This document shows positions 18,051-28,655 of a DNA stretch of 32,000 nt, piece after piece. The notes beneath the pieces were generated by a model. That model saw only the letters and a list, made by a program, of their open reading frames with translations, searched no databases and was not told where the DNA came from. Position numbers and translations under genes: made by a program. The number at the start of each line of letters is the position of its first letter. The first letter of the stretch is position 1. The stretch lies in sequence record CM099551.1; one strand, 5' to 3'.

Positions 18051-18133
18051 TAGAGTGTGGTGAAACTGGTAGACACGATAGATTTAGGATCTATTGGCTT
18101 TATGCTTTGCAGGTTCAAGTCCTGTCACTCCTA
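18051..18133 (+). tRNA. trnL(uag): tRNA-Leu (anticodon UAG), long variable arm
   Basis: 83 nt: tagagtg tg gtg-aaactggtaga-cac g ataga-tttagga-tctat, 14-nt variable arm, gcagg-ttcaagt-cctgt cactcct a. T1:T72 and A2:C71 are mismatched. Confidence 0.85.
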
Positions 18134-18140
18134 ATAATAA

Positions 18141-18213
18141 AGATCAGTAACTCAGCTGGTAGAGTGTTAGCCTGTCGCGCTAAAAGTCGTGGGTTCAAGC
18201 CCCATCTGATCCA
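18141..18213 (+). tRNA. trnD(guc): tRNA-Asp (anticodon GUC)
   Basis: 73 nt: agatcag ta actc-agctggta-gagt g ttagc-ctgtcgc-gctaa aagtc gtggg-ttcaagc-cccat ctgatcc a. A1:C72 mismatch. Confidence 0.85.
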
Positions 18214-18233
18214 AATTATATATTTATATTTAT

Positions 18234-18315
18234 ACTCACTTGGTGGAATTGGTAGACACGACAGACTCAAAATCTGTTATCTTAGGATGTGTAGGTTCAA
18301 GTCCTACAGTGAGCA
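18234..18315 (+). tRNA. trnL(caa): tRNA-Leu (anticodon CAA), long variable arm
   Basis: 82 nt: actcact tg gtg-gaattggtaga-cac g acaga-ctcaaaa-tctgt, 13-nt variable arm, gtagg-ttcaagt-cctac agtgagc a. A1:C72 mismatch. Confidence 0.85.
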
Positions 18316-18340
18316 CGATTAATTATATCTAATAATAAGA

Positions 18341-19855
18341 ATGTATCTAATACTAAGTAAATATTTTTATTTTTTATATTATTTTAAAAAAGAAAAAAAA
18401 TCTAAATTTTTTCTTTTAATAGATATTATGTTTTTTTTAATGAAAAAATGTATTTCTTTATTTATATTAAGAAAAAAATACAATAAAATACGAAATTTAA
18501 TAATTGCTAAGAAAAATAAATTACTTTCAAGTAATAAGTATAGTTTGAATACTAAAGAAAAAATTAAAAAACATTATTTTTCAGTACTTACAGCATATAA
18601 ATATTTAAATCAATTTATTAAATTAAAAATAAGTGAAATTAATGATTTTATAATTCATTTTTTACCCGAAGAATTATTACCTTTAGGAAATAGAAAAAGA
18701 TATTATAATTTAATTAATAAAAAATTTAAACGATTTTTTTTACTAATGAAAAAAAAATTCAATAAGAAATTTTTTTTTTATTATTTAATTAGGTTATTTA
18801 GAAAAATTAAAGACTTGTTTATAAAGAGTGATCCATTTATAGAAAACACAAATACTTTTTTTAATTTTTTTAGTTCTTTATTTTTTAATTCTGAATATAA
18901 AGATCTTTCTTCTTTATATTCACGTCAAACAAATAGAACAAGATTAAAAAATAAAATTCGTGATTTTTTTCAATTAGTTTTTTATTTTTCAAAACGTATA
19001 GATTATTATTTAGTAAAAACATATCCATTTATTTCTATTACTAAAATAAGACAACTAATACAACAATCTCAAATAAAAATTAATAATAAAATGTTAGCTG
19101 ATATTAATTATTTTATAAAACCAAATAGCTTTATTCATTCTAAAAATAATATATTTTTTTCCTTTTTTAAACAATATGTGTTTCATTTGCAGGATTATTT
19201 TAATACTTTAAATAACAGATGTTATAAGGAAATATATAATATTAAATATTTTTATTATCTAGCATTATACAAACTAGTGAATTTAGGTAATAGGTCTATT
19301 ATTAATAAATCTAAATATTATATAACATTTAATAATAAATTACGTTTGGAGAGTTCTAATTTAGAACAAAAAAATATTTCTTTATTTTATTATTATTCTA
19401 ATTTTTTTAATTTTAATTCATTAAGCTTTTTTTTATATGAAGATGTCATTATAAATATTTATTTTTATTTTGTAAGTTCAAGTAAATATAAAGAAATATA
19501 TAATTTAGATAATTTAGAAGAAGAAAAAATGAAAAATAATCTATCTTATAATTTTCCATTTATTTCTAAATATAAAGAGTTTAGTTATTCTATAGTTAAT
19601 TCCGATTTAATAATGAATATTTCATTTAATTTTTCTCATCGAAAAATGAGTAATCAATTTATCGAAATGGTATCATTATTAAATTATTTAAAATTATTTT
19701 TTTTTTTTAGCAAAACAAATAATTATTATTATACACATTATAAAAATAGTCATTTTATAACAACTAGTTATTATAAAAAAACAATTGAAGAAAATAAAAA
19801 TATTTTTTATTATTTAAGTAATTTTTATCAGTTAAATCTTACTCCTTTATTATAA
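18341..19855 (+). CDS. rps4: ribosomal protein S4 (greatly expanded, 504 aa)
   Basis: The internal S4 RNA-binding domain KRIDYYLVKTYPFISITKIRQLIQQSQIKINNKMLADINYFIKPNSFIH matches RLD..l.r.g...s...ArqlI..g.v.vNg..v..ps..v..gd.i. The rest is N/K/F/Y-rich. Confidence 0.7.
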   Translation: MYLILSKYFYFLYYFKKEKKSKFFLLIDIMFFLMKKCISLFILRKKYNKIRNLIIAKKNKLLSSNKYSLNTKEKIKKHYFSVLTAYKYLNQFIKLKISEINDFIIHFLPEELLPLGNRKRYYNLINKKFKRFFLLMKKKFNKKFFFYYLIRLFRKIKDLFIKSDPFIENTNTFFNFFSSLFFNSEYKDLSSLYSRQTNRTRLKNKIRDFFQLVFYFSKRIDYYLVKTYPFISITKIRQLIQQSQIKINNKMLADINYFIKPNSFIHSKNNIFFSFFKQYVFHLQDYFNTLNNRCYKEIYNIKYFYYLALYKLVNLGNRSIINKSKYYITFNNKLRLESSNLEQKNISLFYYYSNFFNFNSLSFFLYEDVIINIYFYFVSSSKYKEIYNLDNLEEEKMKNNLSYNFPFISKYKEFSYSIVNSDLIMNISFNFSHRKMSNQFIEMVSLLNYLKLFFFFSKTNNYYYTHYKNSHFITTSYYKKTIEENKNIFYYLSNFYQLNLTPLL

Positions 19856-19872
19856 TTTTATTTTATAATCTT

Positions 19873-19943
19873 TCCGAGATAGTTTAACGGCAAAACCTTG
19901 GATTCATAATCCATACTTGTAGGTTCGATTCCTGCTCTCGGGA
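19873..19943 (+). tRNA. trnM(cau): tRNA with CAU anticodon (Met/fMet/Ile2 type)
   Basis: 71 nt: tccgaga ta gttt-aacggca-aaac c ttgga-ttcataa-tccat actt gtagg-ttcgatt-cctgc tctcggg a. U1.G72 wobble. Confidence 0.8.
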
Positions 19944-20104
19944 AAATAATCGATAATTATCTTGCAATTAGGTAGGAGGGCGTATATATAAAAAAAAAAT
20001 GGCTTATATACCTTCGTAAGTTAGATCGTTTTGTGAATTGAATAATCATTTAGGATTTATTCTAAGTTATTTATTCAACGAGGTCGGTTTTATTTATTAA
20101 TTAA

Positions 20105-20323
20105 ATGGTAACAGAATTTAAACAAATAGGTGCTGGTTTAGCTACAATTGCATTATCAGGAGTAGGAGTAGGTATTGGTATGATTTTTAGTAGTTTATTA
20201 GAAGCAGTTTCAAGAAACCCAAGTTTAACAAAATCTTTATTTAACTATGCTATTTTAGGTTTCGCTTTAACAGAAGCAATTGCTTTGTTTACAATCATGA
20301 TTGTATTCTTATTAATGGCATAA
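20105..20323 (+). CDS. atp9: ATP synthase F0 subunit c
   Basis: 72 aa: [33 protein letters not shown]...[10 protein letters not shown], the canonical c-subunit hairpin with the essential Glu. Confidence 0.97.
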   Translation: MVTEFKQIGAGLATIALSGVGVGIGMIFSSLLEAVSRNPSLTKSLFNYAILGFALTEAIALFTIMIVFLLMA

Positions 20324-20386
20324 TTAATATTAATATAATCGTAGCTTATATGTCAAGTATGCCATTGATATAAAAGCTAAAAAAAT

Positions 20387-20459
20387 GCACGCATAGCTCA
20401 GTTGGTAGAGCATCTGACTTTTAATCAGCTGGTCGTAGGTTCAAGTCCTGCTGTGTGCA
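20387..20459 (+). tRNA. trnK(uuu): tRNA-Lys (anticodon UUU)
   Basis: 73 nt: gcacgca ta gctc-agttggta-gagc a tctga-cttttaa-tcagc tggtc gtagg-ttcaagt-cctgc tgtgtgc a. Acceptor paired, with one G.U. Confidence 0.9.
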
Positions 20460-20472
20460 ATTAATAGGTTAA

Positions 20473-20544
20473 GGACTCGTAGCTTAATGGTAAAGCGTTC
20501 CACTCATAATGGAAATAGTGTGGGTTCAATTCCTACCGGGTTCA
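20473..20544 (+). tRNA. trnM(cau): tRNA with CAU anticodon (Met/fMet/Ile2 type)
   Basis: 72 nt: ggactcg ta gctt-aatggta-aagc g ttcca-ctcataa-tggaa atagt gtggg-ttcaatt-cctac cgggttc a. Acceptor paired, with two G.U. Confidence 0.85.
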
Positions 20545-20601
20545 ATGGGTTCATTCATTTAGTTTAATATATACACTTAATTCAATGAGTGCGAATTTTA
20601 T

Positions 20602-20678
20602 TAGTTTCTTAGCTTAATTAGGTAGAGCAGATGCTGTATATTTAGCATAAGATATAGGTTCGAATCCTATAGAACTAG
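20602..20678 (+). pseudogene. tRNA-like sequence, a degenerate paralog of trnR(ucu) with an oversized anticodon loop
   Basis: tagtttct ta gctt-aattaggta-gagc a gatgc-tgtatattta-gcata agat atagg-ttcgaat-cctat agaacta g. It shares gagcagatgc...gcataag...aggttc.a.tccta.agaact with the trnR at 9630. It has an extra T in the acceptor 5' strand, 2 extra nt in the D loop, and a 10-nt anticodon loop (8 nt if one further T-A pair forms). Confidence 0.5.
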
Positions 20679-20707
20679 ATTTTATTTATTTTTTATTATT
20701 AAATTAA

Positions 20708-21259
20708 ATGTCTTATATTTCTTACCTTTTATTAAATATACCAAAATATATTTTATCTATTCGTCGTAGTAAGAATTTATTGTTTTTAAGAACAGATAAA
20801 AATTACTTAATATTTTTAAGTATTTTTCTTTATAAAGATTGGAATAGTAAATGCCAATCTCTTATTGATTTTACTTGTGTTGATTATCCTTTAAATAATA
20901 ATAGATTTTGTTTAATTTATCATTTAATTTCATATACATATCATTTCAGAGCATTTTTAAAATTCTTTTTTAATGAAGTAGAACGTATACCTTCTTTAAT
21001 ATATATATATCCTAATATTTCTTGGTATGAAAGAGAATGTTGGGATTTTTTTGGTATATTTTTCCATAGAAATTTTAATTTACGTAGATTATTATTAGAT
21101 TATGGATTTGTAGGACATCCGCTAAGAAAAGACTTTCCACTTAGTGGCTTTACAGAATTAGTTTATAGTGTCTTTTTTACCAATGTAGTACAAAAACAAG
21201 TAAATTTAAGCCAAAGCTATAGAAGATACGAAAGCCATAGATTATGGTCTAAGATTTAA
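20708..21259 (+). CDS. nad9: NADH dehydrogenase subunit 9 (30-kDa / NuoC)
   Basis: 183 aa: WYERECWDFFGIFFHRNFNLRRLLLDYGFVGHPLRKDFPLSGFTELVYS, the canonical NuoC motif. Confidence 0.95.
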   Translation: MSYISYLLLNIPKYILSIRRSKNLLFLRTDKNYLIFLSIFLYKDWNSKCQSLIDFTCVDYPLNNNRFCLIYHLISYTYHFRAFLKFFFNEVERIPSLIYIYPNISWYERECWDFFGIFFHRNFNLRRLLLDYGFVGHPLRKDFPLSGFTELVYSVFFTNVVQKQVNLSQSYRRYESHRLWSKI

Positions 21260-21278
21260 TTTTTATTTTTATTTAAAT

Positions 21279-21350
21279 GACCTTTTCGTCCAGCGGTTAA
21301 GACATTTCCCTTTCACGGAAAAGACACGGGTTCAACTCTCGTAGAGGTCA
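21279..21350 (+). tRNA. trnE(uuc): tRNA-Glu (anticodon UUC)
   Basis: 72 nt: gaccttt tc gtc-cagcggttaa-gac a tttcc-ctttcac-ggaaa agac acggg-ttcaact-ctcgt agaggtc a. Collinear with bacterial tRNA-Glu. Confidence 0.9.
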
Positions 21351-21403
21351 TTAATAGATGAGTGGTTTTTTCTAACGTTTTATTTTTGTATAAAGAAAAA
21401 CGT

Positions 21404-22980
21404 AATTTCATTGGGTTTTATTCTAGCTCGGAGTGAATGCTAGTGACAGGCCTAACACATGCAAGTTTGACGTTTTTACTAAGTAATCAAAAAAATAGAT
21501 TATTAATCTAAATGGTAGAAATGTAGCGAACGGGTGTAGAGAATATATTGAATTTACCTGAAAGTTTGGAATGTATACTTTCATGAAAGTATGAAGTCCA
21601 ATAACAAATATATAGTATTGCTTTCAGATTGTCATATATAGTATTAGGTAGTTGGTGAGATTAAAAGCCCACCAAGCCAAAAATGCTTAGCTGTTCTGGG
21701 AGGTTGTTCAGCCACATGGGAACTGAGATACGGTCCTAATTTCATTTGGAATCAGCAGTGGGGAATCTTGGGCAATGGGCGCAAGCCTGACCCAGCTATG
21801 TCATGTGAGTGAGGACGGCGTTTTAAGTCGTAAAACTCGTGTACCTTAGAAGATAATGACACTATTTGGGAACAAGCGCTGGCAAAAACTCGTGCCAGCC
21901 GCCGCGGTAATACGAGTAGCGCAGGTGTTACTCTCCTTGACTGGGCGTAAAGGGTGCGTAGGTTGTGTAGTAAGTTTTAAATTAAATTTTATATAAATGA
22001 TAAAAAGATTTCTAATACTATTACACTAGAGTTTATTTAAAGATAATGGAACTTCTATAATCAGAGTTGAAATGCGTTAAAGATAGAAAGAACACCATAG
22101 GCGAAAGCGATTATCTAAAGTAAACTGACACTGAGGCACGAAGGCATAGGGATCGAAAGGGATTAGGGACCCCTGTAGTCTATGCTGTCAACGATGAGTG
22201 TTAAATGTTGGGATTTTCCTAATGTTATAGCTAACGCGTTAAACACTCCGCCTGGGTAGTACGATCGCAAGATTAAAACCTAAAGAAATTGACGGAGATC
22301 TGCTACAAGCAGTGGAACATGTGATTTAATTCGATACACCGCGAGGAATCTTACCAATCCTTGTCATATAGGATATAGATAGTAGATATGTTTATAGCAT
22401 AAATTTAAGTTCTATCTCTTTAATACGGTGATTTAATTAATTTTTTTTTCATAAGAAATTATTTTATTATATCTGATACAGGTGCTGCATGGCTGTCGTA
22501 AGTTCGTGTCGTGAGGCGTTAGGTTAATTCCCGTCAACGAACGAGACCCTCATCTGTAATTAAGTATTTATACAAAACAACTACAGAATTAGGGGATAAC
22601 GTCAAGTCATTATGGCCTTTATGGATTGGGCTATCCATGTGTTACAAAGGTAATTACAAAAAGATGCAATGATGTGAGTCGGAGCAAATCTTTAAAAATT
22701 ATCTCAGTTTGGATTGTTCTCTGAAACTCGAGAACATGAAATAGGAATTGCTAGTAATCGTAAATTAGTACGTTACGGTGAATTTTTGCCCAGATCTTGT
22801 ACATACCGCCCGTCACGCTTGGAAAGTACGTAGCTTTGATAGGATATTAGTAAATAATCCATAAATTATTAATTTTTTAATAGTTGAGGATTTATACCTA
22901 ATAAACAAGGGGTTATGAACGATCTAAGTGAAGTCGTAACATGGTAGTCGTAGGGGAACCTGTGGCTGGAACAAGGCTAG
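21404..22980 (+). rRNA. rns: small-subunit (16S-like) mitochondrial rRNA; ends approximate
   Basis: The 5' agctcggagtgaatgctagtgacaggcctaacacatgcaag aligns with E. coli 16S GGCTCAGATTGAACGCTGGCGGCAGGCCTAACACATGCAAG. Also present are gtgccagccgccgcggtaatac, ggattagggacccctgtagtc, caggtgctgcatggctgtcgt, tgtacataccgcccgtcac, and the 3' aagtcgtaacatggtagtcgtaggggaacctgtggctgga. No CCUCC anti-SD at the 3' end. Confidence 0.95.
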
Positions 22981-23007
22981 TTTTAATTTTTTTTTAAAGT
23001 ATTAGAA

Positions 23008-23031
23008 ATATTTATATTTATATTTATATTT
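23008..23031. repeat. (ATATTT)x4 microsatellite in the rns-rnl spacer
   Basis: Direct reading: atattt atattt atattt atattt. Confidence 0.6.
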
Positions 23032-23374
23032 AATATTTTCGAGGCTATATTCATAAATATAATCGTATATATGTATTATAAATAAAGTTTCTTTAATAAA
23101 AAAGAAAATAATGATGTATATTTATTTATTAGATATACATATTAGTTTATATTTATAAAATGCGTTTTTTTTTTTTTTTAAAGTGAATAGAAATCTTCTT
23201 GGTCAAAAGATACAGTATACATTTGCAATAAAAAAAAAAAAGAATTCATTTTCTTTTTTATAAAATTAAGATACATATCGAATATCTAATTGTATTATAT
23301 AAAAAAAATTTATCGAGACCAGAAAGCAGATAAATGAGTATTATATAAAAGATTTTATATTTTCTATATATCTT

Positions 23375-26075
<2,701 letters not shown>

Positions 26076-26115
26076 AATGTTTTTTTTAGCCATAAAATAT
26101 TAAAATTACTGCGTA

Positions 26116-26187
26116 TGCTGCATAGCTCAGTGGTAGAGCAGTTGACTGTTAATCAATTGGTCGAAGGTTCAAATCCTTCTGCGGCCG
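26116..26187 (+). tRNA. trnN(guu): tRNA-Asn (anticodon GUU)
   Basis: 72 nt: tgctgca ta gctc-agtggta-gagc a gttga-ctgttaa-tcaat tggtc gaagg-ttcaaat-ccttc tgcggcc g. T1:C72 mismatch. Confidence 0.85.
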
Positions 26188-26193
26188 CAGTAA

Positions 26194-26215
26194 CGAGTCA
26201 AACACACAAAAAAAA
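26194..26215 (+). promoter_or_regulatory. C/A-rich leader motif (cgagtcaaacacac + A-run) directly upstream of the nad1 ATG
   Basis: cgagtcaaacacacaaaaaaaa-ATG. Near-identical cgagtcacacacc...ATG lies at 30361-30383 (orf525). Related gagagatacacacacaaaaatactaa-ATG lies at 12257-12282 (orf584), and gagtaacacactaacaacaaaaaaa-ATG at 11221-11245 (cox2). Confidence 0.35.
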
Positions 26216-27190
26216 ATGATTTTATTATATAAAAATTTTATTTTTTTTCTATTATTTTTTGTTTTTGTTTTATTAACCATTGCTATTTGTACTTTGGTGG
26301 AACGTAAAGTAATGAGTTCAATGCAACGTAGAAGAGGACCTAATGTTGCAGGTTTTTTTGGTTTTTTACAACCAATTGCAGATGGATTAAAATTATTTTT
26401 AAAAGAAATAATTTTACCAAGTAATTCTAATTTATTTATTTTTTTATTTGCTCCTGTTTTTACTTTTACATGTAGTATATTATTATGGATTGTAATTCCT
26501 TTTGGTGAGGGTTTAGTTTTAGTTGATTTTCCTTTTTCTTTATTATATTTATTAGCAGTTTCTTCATTAAGTGTATATGGTATTATTTTTTCCGGTTGGT
26601 CTAGTAATTCCAAATATGCATTTTTAGGTGGATTAAGATCCGCAGCACAAATGATTTCATATGAAGTTTGTATTGGTTTTATTTTTATTGCTATGATTAT
26701 AATGTCTGAAAGTTTTAATTTAGTAGATGTAGTAATGAGTCAAGAACATGTTTGGTTTGTTTTTCCTTTATTTCCATTATGGATTATATTTTTAATTTCT
26801 GCATTAGCAGAAACAAATAGAGCACCTTTTGATTTACCTGAAGCAGAAGCAGAATTAGTAGCTGGATATAATGTTGAATATTCTTCTATTGCTTTTGCTT
26901 TATTCTTCTTAGCAGAATATTCAAATATTGTTTTAATGAGTTGTTTATTAAGTATTTTTTTTTTTGGTGGATGGTTACCTTTCTCTTTTTTTCCTTGGTT
27001 ACCTGGTTTCTTAGTACTAGGTATTAAAACATCAATACATGTTTTTATTTTTGTATGGGTAAGGGCTTCTTTCCCAAGATATAGATATGATCAATTAATG
27101 AAATTAGGATGGAAAATACTAATGCCATTAAGTATGTGTTTTTTATATATTGTTAGTTTAATTGTCTTACATTTATATCTTTTTATTTAA
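26216..27190 (+). CDS. nad1: NADH dehydrogenase subunit 1
   Basis: 324 aa: [38 protein letters not shown]...[26 protein letters not shown]...[13 protein letters not shown], canonical ND1/NuoH. Confidence 0.97.
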   Translation: MILLYKNFIFFLLFFVFVLLTIAICTLVERKVMSSMQRRRGPNVAGFFGFLQPIADGLKLFLKEIILPSNSNLFIFLFAPVFTFTCSILLWIVIPFGEGLVLVDFPFSLLYLLAVSSLSVYGIIFSGWSSNSKYAFLGGLRSAAQMISYEVCIGFIFIAMIIMSESFNLVDVVMSQEHVWFVFPLFPLWIIFLISALAETNRAPFDLPEAEAELVAGYNVEYSSIAFALFFLAEYSNIVLMSCLLSIFFFGGWLPFSFFPWLPGFLVLGIKTSIHVFIFVWVRASFPRYRYDQLMKLGWKILMPLSMCFLYIVSLIVLHLYLFI

Positions 27191-27204
27191 TTTTTATAAT
27201 ATAA

Positions 27205-28344
27205 ATGAAATCGTCTAATACACTTAATATTTCTCTTTCTAAAAAAAAAAATTATTTTTATTGGAAATATATATATGGAGATTTAGTTATTTCTAAAATG
27301 ATTAATTATTTAACTAAACAAGGAAAAAAAAATAGAGCTATTAAATTTTTTTTGAAAGCTTTATTTAATATAAAAACAAAATTTGGTTTAAATCCTATTT
27401 TATTAGTTAAATATGTATTATTAAAAAGAAATAACTTAACAAGAATTACTACTAAAAAAGTAGGAGTAAAAGATCATTATTATGTTCGTGTTTTAACACC
27501 TGAAAAACAAATGAGTCAAACAATAAGAGCATTAATGTCTTCTGTTCTTTTATTAAATAAAAGAAAAAAATTAAAATTATGGCAGGCATTAATGGTTGTA
27601 ATTTTTAATTTTGCAATGAAAAAAAAAAAAAAAAAATACAATAATAATAAATTTTTTATAAAAATGTATAATAATTTTTTTTTTCATAAGCAATCTTCTA
27701 TAATATTGTATTTTTCATTATTAAAGAAAAGTTATATGTTGTTTTTTTCTATTCTTAAAAAAATAATATATTCATTAAAATATATTTATTCTAAAATATT
27801 TTTTTTATATTCAATAATTAATAATTTTAAAAAATCTATTACTTTTTTTTTTTTAAATAAAAAGTTAAATAGTTCTTCTTTTTTTTGTTTCTTTTATTTT
27901 TTAAAACGATTTAGAAAATTAATATTTAAATTGAATTTTTTTTTTGAACAATTTATCTTTTTATTTTTTAATTCTTCGTTTTTATTTGAAGTGAAAAATA
28001 AATTAATTGTTTTTTTTAATACATTATTACATAATAGAAAAAAACAATTAAATTTATTTTTATCTATATATAAAAATAAATTACGAAAAAAAAGATATAT
28101 ATTTAATAAAGCATTTAAAAAATGGAGAAATACTCCTTTAATGAAAAAATTTTTTTATAAAGATTTACGGGCTTTTTATGCAGCAACTAAATATAAAAAT
28201 TCTATAGTTAATTTTAAACATGTATATAAAAAAAAAAATGATTTAAAATTAAGTGTTAGGTTACATAAAAGGTATGATGAAAAATTAACAAAACGTCGTA
28301 TTTTTTTTAGAACGACAAAACATGGTAGATCAATTAATAAATAA
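27205..28344 (+). CDS. rps7: ribosomal protein S7 (expanded, 379 aa)
   Basis: The N-terminal third, GDLVISKMINYLTKQGKKNRAIKFFLKALFNIKTKFGLNP...RITTKKVGVKDHYYVRVL...QTIRALM, matches S7 (D.lv.k.in.lm..GKK..A..i...a...i......nP...vgG..yqvP..v...r....airw). A long F/K/N-rich insertion follows. The region near the C-terminus (LRAFYAATKYK) is S7-like. Confidence 0.65.
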   Translation: MKSSNTLNISLSKKKNYFYWKYIYGDLVISKMINYLTKQGKKNRAIKFFLKALFNIKTKFGLNPILLVKYVLLKRNNLTRITTKKVGVKDHYYVRVLTPEKQMSQTIRALMSSVLLLNKRKKLKLWQALMVVIFNFAMKKKKKKYNNNKFFIKMYNNFFFHKQSSIILYFSLLKKSYMLFFSILKKIIYSLKYIYSKIFFLYSIINNFKKSITFFFLNKKLNSSSFFCFFYFLKRFRKLIFKLNFFFEQFIFLFFNSSFLFEVKNKLIVFFNTLLHNRKKQLNLFLSIYKNKLRKKRYIFNKAFKKWRNTPLMKKFFYKDLRAFYAATKYKNSIVNFKHVYKKKNDLKLSVRLHKRYDEKLTKRRIFFRTTKHGRSINK

Positions 28345-28476
28345 ATGGCAGTACCTAAAAGAAAAAAACATAAAAAATTTACTAATTTAAAATTAAAAAA
28401 TAAATTTGTAGCACGTAGTTTATACGAAACTTTATTTGTGCGTCCATTATATCAAAAGAAAAATAAATCTATTTAG
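28345..28476 (+). CDS. rpl32: short ORF (43 aa), ribosomal protein L32-like; not in the supplied ORF track
   Basis: The ATG abuts the rps7 TAA. MAVPKRKKHKKFTNLKLKNKFVARSLYETLFVRPLYQKKNKSI* (TAG). The N-terminus MAVPKRK..K is the L32 hallmark (bacterial/organellar MAVPK(K/R)(K/R)tSk.k). The Cys-less short form resembles plastid L32. Confidence 0.55.
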   Translation: MAVPKRKKHKKFTNLKLKNKFVARSLYETLFVRPLYQKKNKSI

Positions 28477-28498
28477 CTATTCATAGGTTACTTGCTTG

Positions 28499-28569
28499 TT
28501 TCCGATAGCTCAGTGGTAGAGCATTGGACTGAAAATCCTTGAGCGATGGTTCGATTCCATCTCGGAACA
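28499..28569 (+). tRNA. trnF(gaa): tRNA-Phe (anticodon GAA)
   Basis: 71 nt: tttccga ta gctc-agtggta-gagc a ttgga-ctgaaaa-tcctt gagc gatgg-ttcgatt-ccatc tcggaac a. T1:C72 mismatch. The anticodon stem has two U:U pairs at its base. Confidence 0.8.
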
Positions 28570-28655
28570 CAAGTAGGTATCTTTGTATACGCTACTTTTT
28601 GCATAGTTTATAATACTATATACCCGATCGCATCTTTGATTTTACAATAATAAAA

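Noticed and set aside
18107-18322. 71-aa + strand ORF in the supplied track
   Set aside because: It lies entirely over the trnL(uag)-trnD-trnL(caa) genes. The reading frame is a by-product of the relatively G+C-rich tRNA sequences.
20324-20386. Possible additional tRNA or tRNA remnant between atp9 and trnK (aatcgtagcttatatgtcaag... resembles the 5' part of the CAU tRNA at 20473)
   Set aside because: Only the acceptor/D-arm-like 5' portion is similar. No T arm or 3' acceptor strand can be formed before trnK starts. At best it is a decayed fragment.
23008-23031. CRISPR-like or minisatellite array in the rns-rnl spacer
   Set aside because: It is only a four-unit ATATTT microsatellite in A+T-rich spacer, with no repeat-spacer architecture.
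26149-26613. 154-aa minus-strand ORF
   Set aside because: It is antisense to trnN and the highly conserved 5' part of nad1, and is K-rich because it mirrors the F-rich nad1 frame. Spurious.
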